DNA from: a virus
Reading direction: 5' to 3' (one strand)
Virus record (IMG/VR): IMGVR_UViG_3300042894_006927
Span: 15,790-79,789 of that record
DNA: 64,000 nucleotides
Every line of letters starts with the position of its first letter. The first letter of the stretch is position 1. Under the pieces are notes generated by a model that was not told the DNA's origin, did not search any database, and worked only from the letters and a program-made list of their open reading frames with translations. Shown piece by piece: positions 56,006 through 64,000 of the stretch. A program made the position numbers and the translations under genes.

Positions 56006-56251
56006 TCAATAATCATCATCAACGAACAATGGGGCTACGCCTTCAAATTTAGTTTGTCGGATAACCAATTCAAATTTAGAACACGCTTCAACCCTACTCA
56101 TTTTTTGTTGCAGGATTTCCAAGATTGACCCAACCGAATAAACAAGTCGGTTTTGTTCTATTTCAAGCCCAATTACGGCATCATCAAACCCTTCAAGTTC
56201 TTGAAATTCTAATTCGGGGTAAAGGTCTTTGATTGTGGAATAAATGCTCAT
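56006..56251 (-). CDS. Conserved phage hypothetical protein
   Basis: EGFDDAVIG..RLVYSV..ILEIL motif. Confidence 0.6.
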   Translation of the reverse strand: MSIYSTIKDLYPELEFQELEGFDDAVIGLEIEQNRLVYSVGSILEILQQKMSRVEACSKFELVIRQTKFEGVAPLFVDDDY

Positions 56252-56565
56252 AAAAATCGTATTGATATGTAAAGTCCAAAAATGCTTCCAAGTGTTGCAC
56301 CTAAAGAATAAGAGAACCTATCATTGAGAGTTCCAAAAGCGGCTTTTTTGATATTCAAAGTCCAAATCATTGAAATCAAAAACGAACTAATGATAACACC
56401 GATGTAATTTTTGTGGGCAAGAAAAATCGTATTCATAGCCACAAACATAATTTGCACAAACGCAGTAATGAAAAGCGATAGATTAAACCCGTACCTTAAT
56501 AAAACCAATTTGTAATGTTTGTAAACGGCATATAAAATTGCCCCAATTACTTTTAAGTTTGTCAT
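56248..56565 (-). CDS. Small multi-TM membrane protein
   Basis: FVQIMFVAMNT..SFLISMIW..YSLGATLGS. Confidence 0.6.
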   Translation of the reverse strand: MTNLKVIGAILYAVYKHYKLVLLRYGFNLSLFITAFVQIMFVAMNTIFLAHKNYIGVIISSFLISMIWTLNIKKAAFGTLNDRFSYSLGATLGSIFGLYISIRFL

Positions 56566-57359
56566 AAAAGGTCGTCAAGCGTAAATTTTTTTCTTGGATT
56601 GTTTTGTGGTATTTGCGGTAATGGTGCGGGGATTGGCTCTACCCCGTTTTGTTCGGTAGGTTCAGCCAAAACCCTTTCCTCTAAAGGTTTTGCCATATCG
56701 GTAAATTCAAACGGCACTTCATCTTCTTGGTTTTCCAATTCAAGCAAGTTCGCAGCGACAAGTGTAACAACGGGATATTTACGGGTTTTTCCCGAAATTT
56801 CCTTTTTGGTTCTAAAACTTACAATCAAGTCAAAAGGAACTTCCTGCCAATTTTTGCCATATTGATTAACCATATCTAATGTTCCAATGATGTTTTCAAT
56901 GGAAGATTTACTGCCTTTAGTTTCAAACTGCCAAACGCCCAAGCAATCTTGAAGCCCCCGTATTCCAAAACGCAATTTAAGAGTGTGCCTAAACGCTTCG
57001 ATGCTTGGTACTGATTCTATACCCTTTTGCTCAAATTGATAGGTTTTTGGGTTCATAACTTGGAATGTTTCGCCATCACCATAGGCAATCAAAACACCCT
57101 TATCCCATAATTCATACTGCTCTTGAACGAGAAAGTTTGAATTTACATTTGGGAAAAAAATGGGTATTCTGCTTTGGTTTTCCCCAAATTTTGAATAAAA
57201 AACACTCTTGTAAGCCCCCGATGCAACAAAATAGTCGGTGCTTTTTGGCAAACCTGCTTCGGTCTTTTCGCCAATTTTGATTTTACCGATTATAGGCGGT
57301 TCAATGCTTTTTCCTTTGCGTACAATACGCTTAAATTCATTATCCATTTTCTCTGACAT
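56562..57359 (-). CDS. Gp3-like/recombination directionality factor-like protein
   Basis: IIGKIKIGEK..LPKSTDYF, LGVWQFETKG..SI, KYPVVTL. Confidence 0.6.
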   Translation of the reverse strand: MSEKMDNEFKRIVRKGKSIEPPIIGKIKIGEKTEAGLPKSTDYFVASGAYKSVFYSKFGENQSRIPIFFPNVNSNFLVQEQYELWDKGVLIAYGDGETFQVMNPKTYQFEQKGIESVPSIEAFRHTLKLRFGIRGLQDCLGVWQFETKGSKSSIENIIGTLDMVNQYGKNWQEVPFDLIVSFRTKKEISGKTRKYPVVTLVAANLLELENQEDEVPFEFTDMAKPLEERVLAEPTEQNGVEPIPAPLPQIPQNNPRKKFTLDDLL

Positions 57360-57786
57360 AATTTATTCGGGTTGAAAGATATTCACATTCGGCATACAAC
57401 AATTCAAAAATTGTATCAACATCGTCTTGTTCGCCTTGATATTCATTTGAAGCGGTATGGAAAGCAAAAGAAACATCAAGCCCTAAATCCGAAATCAACT
57501 TTTTAAGTTCATCAACCAATGGAATCAAATCGCCATAACTTGTTTTTTTGATAATATCCACAATGCTAACGGAATTAAAAACCACTTCGATTTTTTTAGT
57601 GTCGGGGCTTTTTTCCCCAATGTTTTGTAGTTCATCAATACAAACTTGCAAAAAGAGTTTTGGTCGGGTAATATCTTTGACTACCCAAATTCGTGAATCA
57701 GCCCCACCTTTGTAATGCCTACGCAGGGCAATTACATTGGTATAGGTTTCTAAATCAAATAAAGCAGAGGCAATGTAAATGTTCAT
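57340..57786 (-). CDS. Hypothetical protein (possibly a degenerate RNase H-like fold)
   Basis: ATG at 57786 (MNIYIAS..); IEVVFNSVSIVD and FAFHTASN loosely resemble RNase HI elements. Confidence 0.4.
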   Translation of the reverse strand: MNIYIASALFDLETYTNVIALRRHYKGGADSRIWVVKDITRPKLFLQVCIDELQNIGEKSPDTKKIEVVFNSVSIVDIIKKTSYGDLIPLVDELKKLISDLGLDVSFAFHTASNEYQGEQDDVDTIFELLYAECEYLSTRINYVRENG

Positions 57787-58032
57787 AACTTGTATTTTAC
57801 TGCCAAAGTAAGCAACAAAAATTGGAAACAACAATACATATAGCACATAAAAATATCCCAAAGTTTTCAACAATTTGCAAACAGCAGCACGAATAAGCCC
57901 GAAATACAAGCGTATAACACGCATCTTAAAATACAAAAAAAACTTTTTAACACAAGTTTTTAATATGTTGTTGAAAACTTTGTTTGCCTAAATTGGCAGA
58001 AGTCCTTAACATTGTTCCACAAATCAAATCAA

Positions 58033-58881
58033 ATGAAAGTAGTTATTTTTGACCTTGAAACTACGGGTGTAAGTGTAACCCAAGACCGAATAATCGAAAT
58101 CGCACTTAATAAAGGCGAGTTAATTCAAACTGAAAACGGCAGGTGGGATTTTGTTTCTGAACGGCAGTTAAAGCAAGTTTGCAATCCCTTTGCCGAAGAT
58201 TATGTTGATGATGCGGGAAATAGGATTACCGAGTTAAACCCTTTTGTGCTTGAATTAACGGGGTTGCAAGAAGATTTAATACGATTTTTTAGCCCATATT
58301 TTAAAGAAGTTGCAAGAACGGCAGAAGCGTTTATTGGCGACCTGCCTTTAGTTGGCTACAACATTGACAATTTCGATTTTCCGTTGCTTGTAAGAGAAAT
58401 GGAAAGGGCGGGTATTAAAAAGGAGTGGAAAAATCCAACCATTGATGCCCTTACATTGTATAGAAAAATGTTCCCTTCTACCCTTTCAGCAGTTTATGAA
58501 CGATTAACGGGAAAAACATTCAGACACGCACACCGAGCAATGTTTGATGTGAACGCAACGGCAGAAATAATTTGCCATTTGTTTGAGTTCCATTTGCCTA
58601 TTGATGATAAAGCCCCCGATTTTGTAATGGAATCAATAAGTGGCAAAAGGTCAGATATTGATAGAAAATTCAAGTACGATGAAAATATCGGAGATTGGGT
58701 ATTTATGTTTGGAAAGCATAGGGGCAAAGCGGTTAAGCAAAATTTGGACTACCTTAAATGGATGATGATGCCCGACACCGATTTTCACGAATCAACAAAG
58801 CAGTTTGCAAGAGAAATCTTTTTTGATGAAGTTGCTAAACAAAGCGGAATACCCTTCGCAGAAAACAATGAAAATGAATAA
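58033..58881 (+). CDS. DnaQ-like DEDDh 3'-5' exonuclease with C-terminal FGKH domain
   Basis: IFDLETTG, GYNIDNFD, HAHRAMFD; FMFGKHRGK. Confidence 0.85.
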   Translation: MKVVIFDLETTGVSVTQDRIIEIALNKGELIQTENGRWDFVSERQLKQVCNPFAEDYVDDAGNRITELNPFVLELTGLQEDLIRFFSPYFKEVARTAEAFIGDLPLVGYNIDNFDFPLLVREMERAGIKKEWKNPTIDALTLYRKMFPSTLSAVYERLTGKTFRHAHRAMFDVNATAEIICHLFEFHLPIDDKAPDFVMESISGKRSDIDRKFKYDENIGDWVFMFGKHRGKAVKQNLDYLKWMMMPDTDFHESTKQFAREIFFDEVAKQSGIPFAENNENE

Positions 58882-59254
58882 ATTAACCTTAAACTTTGTA
58901 CCAAGACAAGTTACAAAGCACAAAAACAAAACCTTGATTTTAGCGGTTTTCGATTCAAAGAAAAATTGGGTGAAAAAAAACCCATTCAAGCCCATTGTTT
59001 GCCCCGTTCAAAACAAGATTGTTATAGAATTACAAAGTCGAAACTTTGAAAACACAATGATTGCATATTTCATTTCTGATATTGGTTCGGAAACGGAAAT
59101 CAAGAAGAATTTTTTGGGTATTCCTACCCAACCATTCGGGTTTGTAAATATGCCCGTTTTATCCTTTCCAAATTACGACAAACTGCGTATCACAAAAGAA
59201 AATTTAATATCCCAAAACGGAATTTTTGTAGCAAACATTTTTACAATCCTATGA
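58874..59254 (+). CDS. Hypothetical protein
   Basis: Coupled ORF in the replication operon. Confidence 0.5.
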   Translation: MNKLTLNFVPRQVTKHKNKTLILAVFDSKKNWVKKNPFKPIVCPVQNKIVIELQSRNFENTMIAYFISDIGSETEIKKNFLGIPTQPFGFVNMPVLSFPNYDKLRITKENLISQNGIFVANIFTIL

Positions 59255-59466
59255 AATTACACATTCTTACTACCGAGCAGGTTTTTGAGTACATTAAATC
59301 AAACAACAACGGCATAGTTCCAAGAGGTTGTTCATATCGAAGTTTAAATGCAAGGGCGTTAAGTTCAGACCTTCCCAAAAAAATTATTGTAGGTAAAAAC
59401 GAGGGGAATAGAATTAACCTTTGGGCAGTAGCCGACCTGCAAGACCTTTTAAACTTACTTGTATGA
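59251..59466 (+). CDS. Small putative DNA-binding (excisionase/winged-helix-like) protein
   Basis: LTTEQVFEYI..SYRSL..LP..NLWAVADLQDLL. Confidence 0.45.
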   Translation: MKLHILTTEQVFEYIKSNNNGIVPRGCSYRSLNARALSSDLPKKIIVGKNEGNRINLWAVADLQDLLNLLV

Positions 59467-60932
59467 GCCAAGAGCAGATTGACCAATCGCTTTTTGACTT
59501 AAAATTAGAGCAAAGTGTTTTAGGCACTTTTCTTATCAATAGCGTTTATTTCCAAATTTCTTTGGCTGACATTAGTGGAGAGGTTTTTTGCTTGGAAAAG
59601 AACCAAAACTTTTACGATTTATTGCGTTTTGTTTACGATGAAGAAGGCAAATTTGACCTAAATAGAATTTTCGCTGAAATTAGGTTTCAAAAGAAAGAAG
59701 AAGAATTTTCCAATGCGTTCATTGCTGAAATTTTCGGGGAAGCGGATATTGACAACCTTCACGATTTTTGCAAAATACTCAAAGCGTATTATTTAAGGCG
59801 TTCAATGAACTTGCTTGGAAATAAGTTGTTAGAGGAATCAAAAGATGGAGAAGTAAACCCTTACGACCTTTACGAAGAATCCGTAACGGCACTTTCAAGG
59901 GTTTCCGAACAAGCGAGTAGAATTAAAGTTATTACCGCAGTAAAAGGGCTTATGGAATACATTACTTTAGAGCCGAAAGATAGAAAATCAACGGGGCTTG
60001 ACCTATTGGATGCACGATTTAATGGCGGGGTTTTTGAAACCGATTTGGTAACGATTGGGGCAAGACCCGCTATGGGCAAAACGGCATTTATTTGTTCGGC
60101 TTCTTACAATCTTGCATCAAGGGGCAAAAATGTTCTTATCTTTTCATTAGAAATGAATTACGAGCAGATTTATATGCGACACCTTGCGATGCACACCAAA
60201 GAAACATTTGCATCGGTAAATTCAAAAAGGTTTTTGCACCAAGATTCATTTTGGGCGAGGTTCAAGGAGTTTGAGGAAAAGATTGCCCCGCATATTTTTT
60301 ACATTGATAAATCGGGAATGACATATAACCAAATTATCAATGAAATAAAGCGTTTATGTAAGCAACACCAATTCGATGCCATTTACATTGACTATCTTCA
60401 AAAAACTTTGGGCGAAGCATCAAGCAATGTTAGGATTGAAGTTACAAATGCAGTACAATCTATCAAAAGTTGTGCGAAAGAAGTAAAAACACCGATATAT
60501 TTGCTTTCTCAATTAAAGCGTGAAGTGGACACAAGGGCAATTCCAAGACCAACCTATGCCGACCTTATGGAATCGGGTTCGATAGAAGCGGAATCTGACC
60601 GAGTTTTGTTACTTTACCGACCAATCGCTTATTACGACAAAAGAAAAGATGATAAGTTTCTTACCGAAATGATTAACGGAATGGAACAACCCACACAAAA
60701 TTGGGGAGAGGTAATTATTGACAAGGATAGACACGATGGCGGTAATGGCGGAGTTTGGATGCCTTTTGATGGCAGGACAATGTATTGGTGCAATTTTGAA
60801 AGCGAAATTACATCGGACTACGCAAATCCAAGCGGAAACGGGCAGAGATATAATGATGAAGATAGCGTAAAATCTTCTCAATTTTCAAATCCAAAAACAC
60901 CGAGTTTAGACGATTTTGAATCACCCTTTTAA
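59463..60932 (+). CDS. dnaB: Replicative DNA helicase
   Basis: EQSVLG N-domain, GARPAMGKT, FSLEM, IDYLQ, LSQLKRE, ESGSIE; ATG at 59463. Confidence 0.92.
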   Translation: MSQEQIDQSLFDLKLEQSVLGTFLINSVYFQISLADISGEVFCLEKNQNFYDLLRFVYDEEGKFDLNRIFAEIRFQKKEEEFSNAFIAEIFGEADIDNLHDFCKILKAYYLRRSMNLLGNKLLEESKDGEVNPYDLYEESVTALSRVSEQASRIKVITAVKGLMEYITLEPKDRKSTGLDLLDARFNGGVFETDLVTIGARPAMGKTAFICSASYNLASRGKNVLIFSLEMNYEQIYMRHLAMHTKETFASVNSKRFLHQDSFWARFKEFEEKIAPHIFYIDKSGMTYNQIINEIKRLCKQHQFDAIYIDYLQKTLGEASSNVRIEVTNAVQSIKSCAKEVKTPIYLLSQLKREVDTRAIPRPTYADLMESGSIEAESDRVLLLYRPIAYYDKRKDDKFLTEMINGMEQPTQNWGEVIIDKDRHDGGNGGVWMPFDGRTMYWCNFESEITSDYANPSGNGQRYNDEDSVKSSQFSNPKTPSLDDFESPF

Positions 60933-61888
60933 TGGCAAAGCGGAAAGCAAATAACAATCCCAAAAAGCCCCAAAAACCAAAAAAAAGGGGCAGACCAAGA
61001 AAGAGGGTAAATCTTTCCGTTAAATTCTATTGGCAAATTTATAGGGCTTTAAAAGCGTATTACAAAAAGGAAAAATACAATGTTGAGCCGAGATTGTTGC
61101 GTATTTATGCTAAAGATGCCAACAAGTATTTAGAAGAAAAAGCAAGAAGGGAAGGAAGGCAACGGCAAAAGGAAATTGATTTTTTCATAAAAATCATTGA
61201 GGGGGGCGAAGAAACGAAACTCCAAAGAGAGGAATTATTTGAACTTTTAAATCTGCCATTTCCCGAATTTAAAATTTCTTCGGGATTTTGGTATTGGGAA
61301 TTAGAAAATGAAACAATAAACATTCCGAGAGGGGTAAATTTTATCATAAATTACACTCTAATTGGTGATGAAGATGCCTTTTTTGAGGGTATTCGTGGGG
61401 AAATACCTTACTCTGAAATCGTAAACAAAATAAACGACTATGTTCGCTATGGTGGCGTTCCGAGAGATTCATCAAATGTTCCAATTTGGGATGCTCTTGT
61501 TTTAGAAAATGGGGAAAAAATCGTTATTCTAACACTTGTCGAACAAGATTTTGAGGGTATTCCAATGCCCGAACCCGAACCCGAAGATGAAGGGGAAGGG
61601 CAAGGCGAGGGTGCAGAGGAAAAGCCGAAAGGGGGCGAAAAAGGCGACAAACCAAGCCCAAAAGAACAAAAGGAAAGGGAACGCAAAGCAAAAGCCGAAG
61701 CCGACAAAGCCGACATTGATAAGTTATTTGCCTTGTTAAATGGTAAATTAGACGAGCAGGGCAGAGTGCTTGACATTTTGATTAAAAAGAAACAAGCGGG
61801 AATGGGATATAAAGCGGAACAAAGCAGATTGAAAGTGCTTGAAAAAGAAATTGAGGAACTGCGTAAAAAAATTGATGAATTGCAATGA
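60932..61888 (+). CDS. Basic N-terminal AT-hook protein with C-terminal coiled coil
   Basis: KKRGRPRKR; PMPEPEPE linker. Confidence 0.6.
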   Translation: MAKRKANNNPKKPQKPKKRGRPRKRVNLSVKFYWQIYRALKAYYKKEKYNVEPRLLRIYAKDANKYLEEKARREGRQRQKEIDFFIKIIEGGEETKLQREELFELLNLPFPEFKISSGFWYWELENETINIPRGVNFIINYTLIGDEDAFFEGIRGEIPYSEIVNKINDYVRYGGVPRDSSNVPIWDALVLENGEKIVILTLVEQDFEGIPMPEPEPEDEGEGQGEGAEEKPKGGEKGDKPSPKEQKERERKAKAEADKADIDKLFALLNGKLDEQGRVLDILIKKKQAGMGYKAEQSRLKVLEKEIEELRKKIDELQ

Positions 61889-62688
61889 AAACCAAATTAG
61901 CAGGGAATAAAACTGCGTTTACGAGCCACCTTAAAGATGCCAAAATTGCAAGGGAAAATTTCGTTGCTCAAAAAAGTGGAAGTGTACTCAAAATTGTTAA
62001 AAACGACCAATGCCTTACTTTCCTTACCGCCCCAAAAGCCGAAAAAAATAGTACGCTTTTACAATGTTGCAAGGATGTAAAAATTTCAGCAGAAAAATTC
62101 ATAGAAAAAAGGGGCAATCCAATTTCAGAGGATTATTTTATCCCTACGGAATTTTCAAATTTTGATGATTTAGTTGAGGGTATGGCTCTCTTTAGCATTG
62201 ATGTTAAAAGTTGCTATTGGAGAAGTGCTTATTTGCTTGACATTATTTCGCTTGAAACCTACCTAAAATATCTACCAAACAAGTTAGACCGAAATAAAGC
62301 GATAGGATGCCTTAAAAGGAAAACCGAGAGCATATACTACCAAAGCGGGGTTGAGGTGCGGAGAGAGGTAAAAGAAAACGAATTGGGGCTGATTAACACC
62401 TACATTAAGTCCTACATTTACGACATTTTTTTAGAAGCAAAGGAAAAATTTGAACTTTACCACTATCATACTGACGAATTTTGGATTGGGATTGGAATGG
62501 CGGGGGAATTGGATGCTTTTTTGAAATCAAAGGGATTTAGAACTACTTGCAAAATCTTTAAGGTTCTTGAAATCAAAGATAATGGGGTTTCCGTTTTCTT
62601 TCCAAAGGAAAAAATCGTTAAATTCGTGAGGAAAAAGAAAGAAAATGGCACAAAAGTTTTACGCAAAATCGGGAACGCAACGACTTAA
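61885..62688 (+). CDS. Minimal family-B DNA polymerase-like protein (palm/fingers only)
   Basis: IDVKSCY (motif A DxxSxY), KLDRNKAIG (motif B KxxxNxxxG), YHTDEF (motif C) in correct order; 267 aa. Confidence 0.55.
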   Translation: MKTKLAGNKTAFTSHLKDAKIARENFVAQKSGSVLKIVKNDQCLTFLTAPKAEKNSTLLQCCKDVKISAEKFIEKRGNPISEDYFIPTEFSNFDDLVEGMALFSIDVKSCYWRSAYLLDIISLETYLKYLPNKLDRNKAIGCLKRKTESIYYQSGVEVRREVKENELGLINTYIKSYIYDIFLEAKEKFELYHYHTDEFWIGIGMAGELDAFLKSKGFRTTCKIFKVLEIKDNGVSVFFPKEKIVKFVRKKKENGTKVLRKIGNATT

Positions 62689-62998
62689 ACGCAATCCATT
62701 TGCGGTTGGTTTTTTAGACCTTTTTGTTAATTCGGGTACAATTCCTGCGGGAACGCAAGTTGATGTTGAAAAATTTGTTGTTGAAAGGTATCAAGATGGA
62801 AATAAAAGGTTTGCCGTTTTGACCGATGGGGATTATGTTGATGCCGACAAATTAGTTTCTTATTCCTTTTTGCCCGAATCCGATAGATTGGTTCAATCAA
62901 AACCTAAAAAGTTCCCCGCTTGGGCAATGTTCGCTATTGGAATTGCAGTAGTTGGCGGGGTATATTTGGGCGGTAGGCGTTTGTTTAGAAAGCGGTAA
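62645..62998 (+). CDS. SH3-like domain protein with C-terminal TM
   Basis: IPAGTQVDV..FAVLTDGDYVDA; TM plus RRLFRKR. Confidence 0.5.
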   Translation: MAQKFYAKSGTQRLKRNPFAVGFLDLFVNSGTIPAGTQVDVEKFVVERYQDGNKRFAVLTDGDYVDADKLVSYSFLPESDRLVQSKPKKFPAWAMFAIGIAVVGGVYLGGRRLFRKR

Positions 62999-63406
62999 TC
63001 ATTTTTTGCCACGAAGTAGAAAAAATCCGAGCAGCAATCCTAAAGCCAAAATTGAAGCACCTTCCATTTGCTTAACACGATAGTCCTCTCCCGTAATTGC
63101 TTCCACAAAATCTTCGCAGTCAAAGAAAAACAAGTGATATTCTTTTCTTTTAGCAAGATATTTTCGCATTAAATCATCGGTGGAAATTCCCGAAATCCGA
63201 GTTTTGTTTACACGCAATAGTTTTCTATCCCCAAAAAACTTTTCCCAAGAATCAATGGCACTTCCTTTCTTTGGTGTATTGTGAATCAAATTTGGTTTGC
63301 CATCAATTTCAATATAAACCCCAAAATGATTGATTAAAGGGTAGGTAGTTTTTGTTTCTACAACATCCCCATTTTGTATTCCCGTAGGCAAATTTGGAAC
63401 TTTCAT
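62999..63406 (-). CDS. Permuted NlpC/P60 (LRAT/PPPDE-like) enzyme with C-terminal TM
   Basis: GDVV..HFGVY..IHN..YHLFFFDCEDFV (compare NCEHF); ILALGLLLGFFLL-RGKK. Confidence 0.7.
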   Translation of the reverse strand: MKVPNLPTGIQNGDVVETKTTYPLINHFGVYIEIDGKPNLIHNTPKKGSAIDSWEKFFGDRKLLRVNKTRISGISTDDLMRKYLAKRKEYHLFFFDCEDFVEAITGEDYRVKQMEGASILALGLLLGFFLLRGKK

Positions 63407-63417
63407 TTAGCAAAGTT

Positions 63418-63477
63418 AAAAAAAGGGGGCGGCACACAATAGGTAACCAAACAAACTATGTAGAAAACCCGCCCCCC
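63418..63477 (-). terminator. GC-rich stem with long structured loop and U7 tail on the minus strand
   Basis: GGGGGCGG (63425-32) pairs with CCGCCCCC (63469-76); A7 at 63418-24. Confidence 0.55.
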
Positions 63478-63546
63478 AATTCACTAAATCCGATGCAAAA
63501 ATAGTGTTTTTTCTTTAAAGCCATAATCGGGTACGTTTTTCATAAG

Positions 63547-63777
63547 TTATTTATTAAAGGTTTCGTTGTAGTAATGTTCTGCTGTCAAAGTGCCACCTTG
63601 AACTACATAAGCATCATATTTATCTGCAAATTCAATTATCTGCCCGTTCTCGATTGTTTTTGCTTTTTTCAATGCCCTAAGTAACTCAATGCCAATTTCA
63701 ATCTTAACACTTGAAGGTAGGATATCTTGTAGGTCTTGCCAAAATTGCTCTACTGCCGTTTTTTGCTTGTTGCTCAT
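63547..63777 (-). CDS. Conserved phage hypothetical protein
   Basis: KQKTAVE..AKTIENGQI..AEHYYNETF family pattern. Confidence 0.65.
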   Translation of the reverse strand: MSNKQKTAVEQFWQDLQDILPSSVKIEIGIELLRALKKAKTIENGQIIEFADKYDAYVVQGGTLTAEHYYNETFNK

Positions 63778-63998
63778 AGTTGTTGTTTAACGATTTCAAT
63801 TAGTTTGTTAAGACATTCAAGTTCTGCTTCTTCTTCTCTACCACCTTCAATTAAATAATTTATCATTATTGTGTGATGCGGAAACACCCCATATTGTTCT
63901 CTTAAATTATACTTCTCTCTAAACCATCGAAATGCTTGTTGGTAAAGTGGTGCTGAACATACTTGTCCATGAAATTGCTCATGTGATTTACATTGAGT
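63774..63998 (-). CDS. 3' part of a conserved Bacteroidota-phage protein (truncated by window end)
   Basis: SAPLYQQAFRWFREKYNL..EEAELECLNKLIEIV. Confidence 0.6.
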   Translation of the reverse strand, partial: TQCKSHEQFHGQVCSAPLYQQAFRWFREKYNLREQYGVFPHHTIMINYLIEGGREEEAELECLNKLIEIVKQQL

Positions 63999-64000
63999 AG

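Noticed and set aside
57787-57936. Hydrophobic N-terminal extension of ORF 57340..57936
   Set aside because: TTG start inside the AT-rich divergent intergenic region; ATG at 57786 is more plausible

Overview
The whole window reads as part of a genome (>64 kb, both ends open) of a lytic virus, most likely infecting Bacteroidota. The host call rests on TTTG-N20-TAnnTTTG promoters and AT-rich starts without Shine-Dalgarno sequences. I see no terminase, portal, HK97 capsid or tail genes. Instead there is an A32/FtsK-HerA-type packaging ATPase, two paralogous beta-rich capsid-like proteins (candidate single jelly-rolls), about 25 small membrane-anchored proteins, spike-like genes and a lysis cassette. 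This suggests an unusually large tailless, internal-membrane (Varidnaviria-like) virus. Layout: glycosylation genes (0.1-4.1 kb); large polyvalent or putatively injected proteins, with a strawberry-notch/DarB-like helicase, MoxR AAA + vWA-like pair and LPD23-zincin (4.2-25.5 kb); virion module (25.5-45.7 kb); lysis (45.8-49.2 kb); leftward early/accessory genes (49.2-57.8 kb); replication operon with DEDDh exonuclease, DnaB and a minimal PolB-like protein (58-62.7 kb). The most striking signal is two short recurrent peptide motifs. [FYMLW]-x-x-G-G-x-[VILM] occurs about 22 times and sits at domain junctions of the polyproteins. [FY]-x-[NS]-[AFY]-x-G occurs about 14 times in capsid and membrane proteins. 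With two candidate proteases (a zincin and a permuted papain-fold LRAT/PPPDE-like enzyme), this suggests an adenovirus/ASFV-like polyprotein-processing and module-shuffling system in a bacterial virus. All family calls come from reading motifs by eye; no searches were run.
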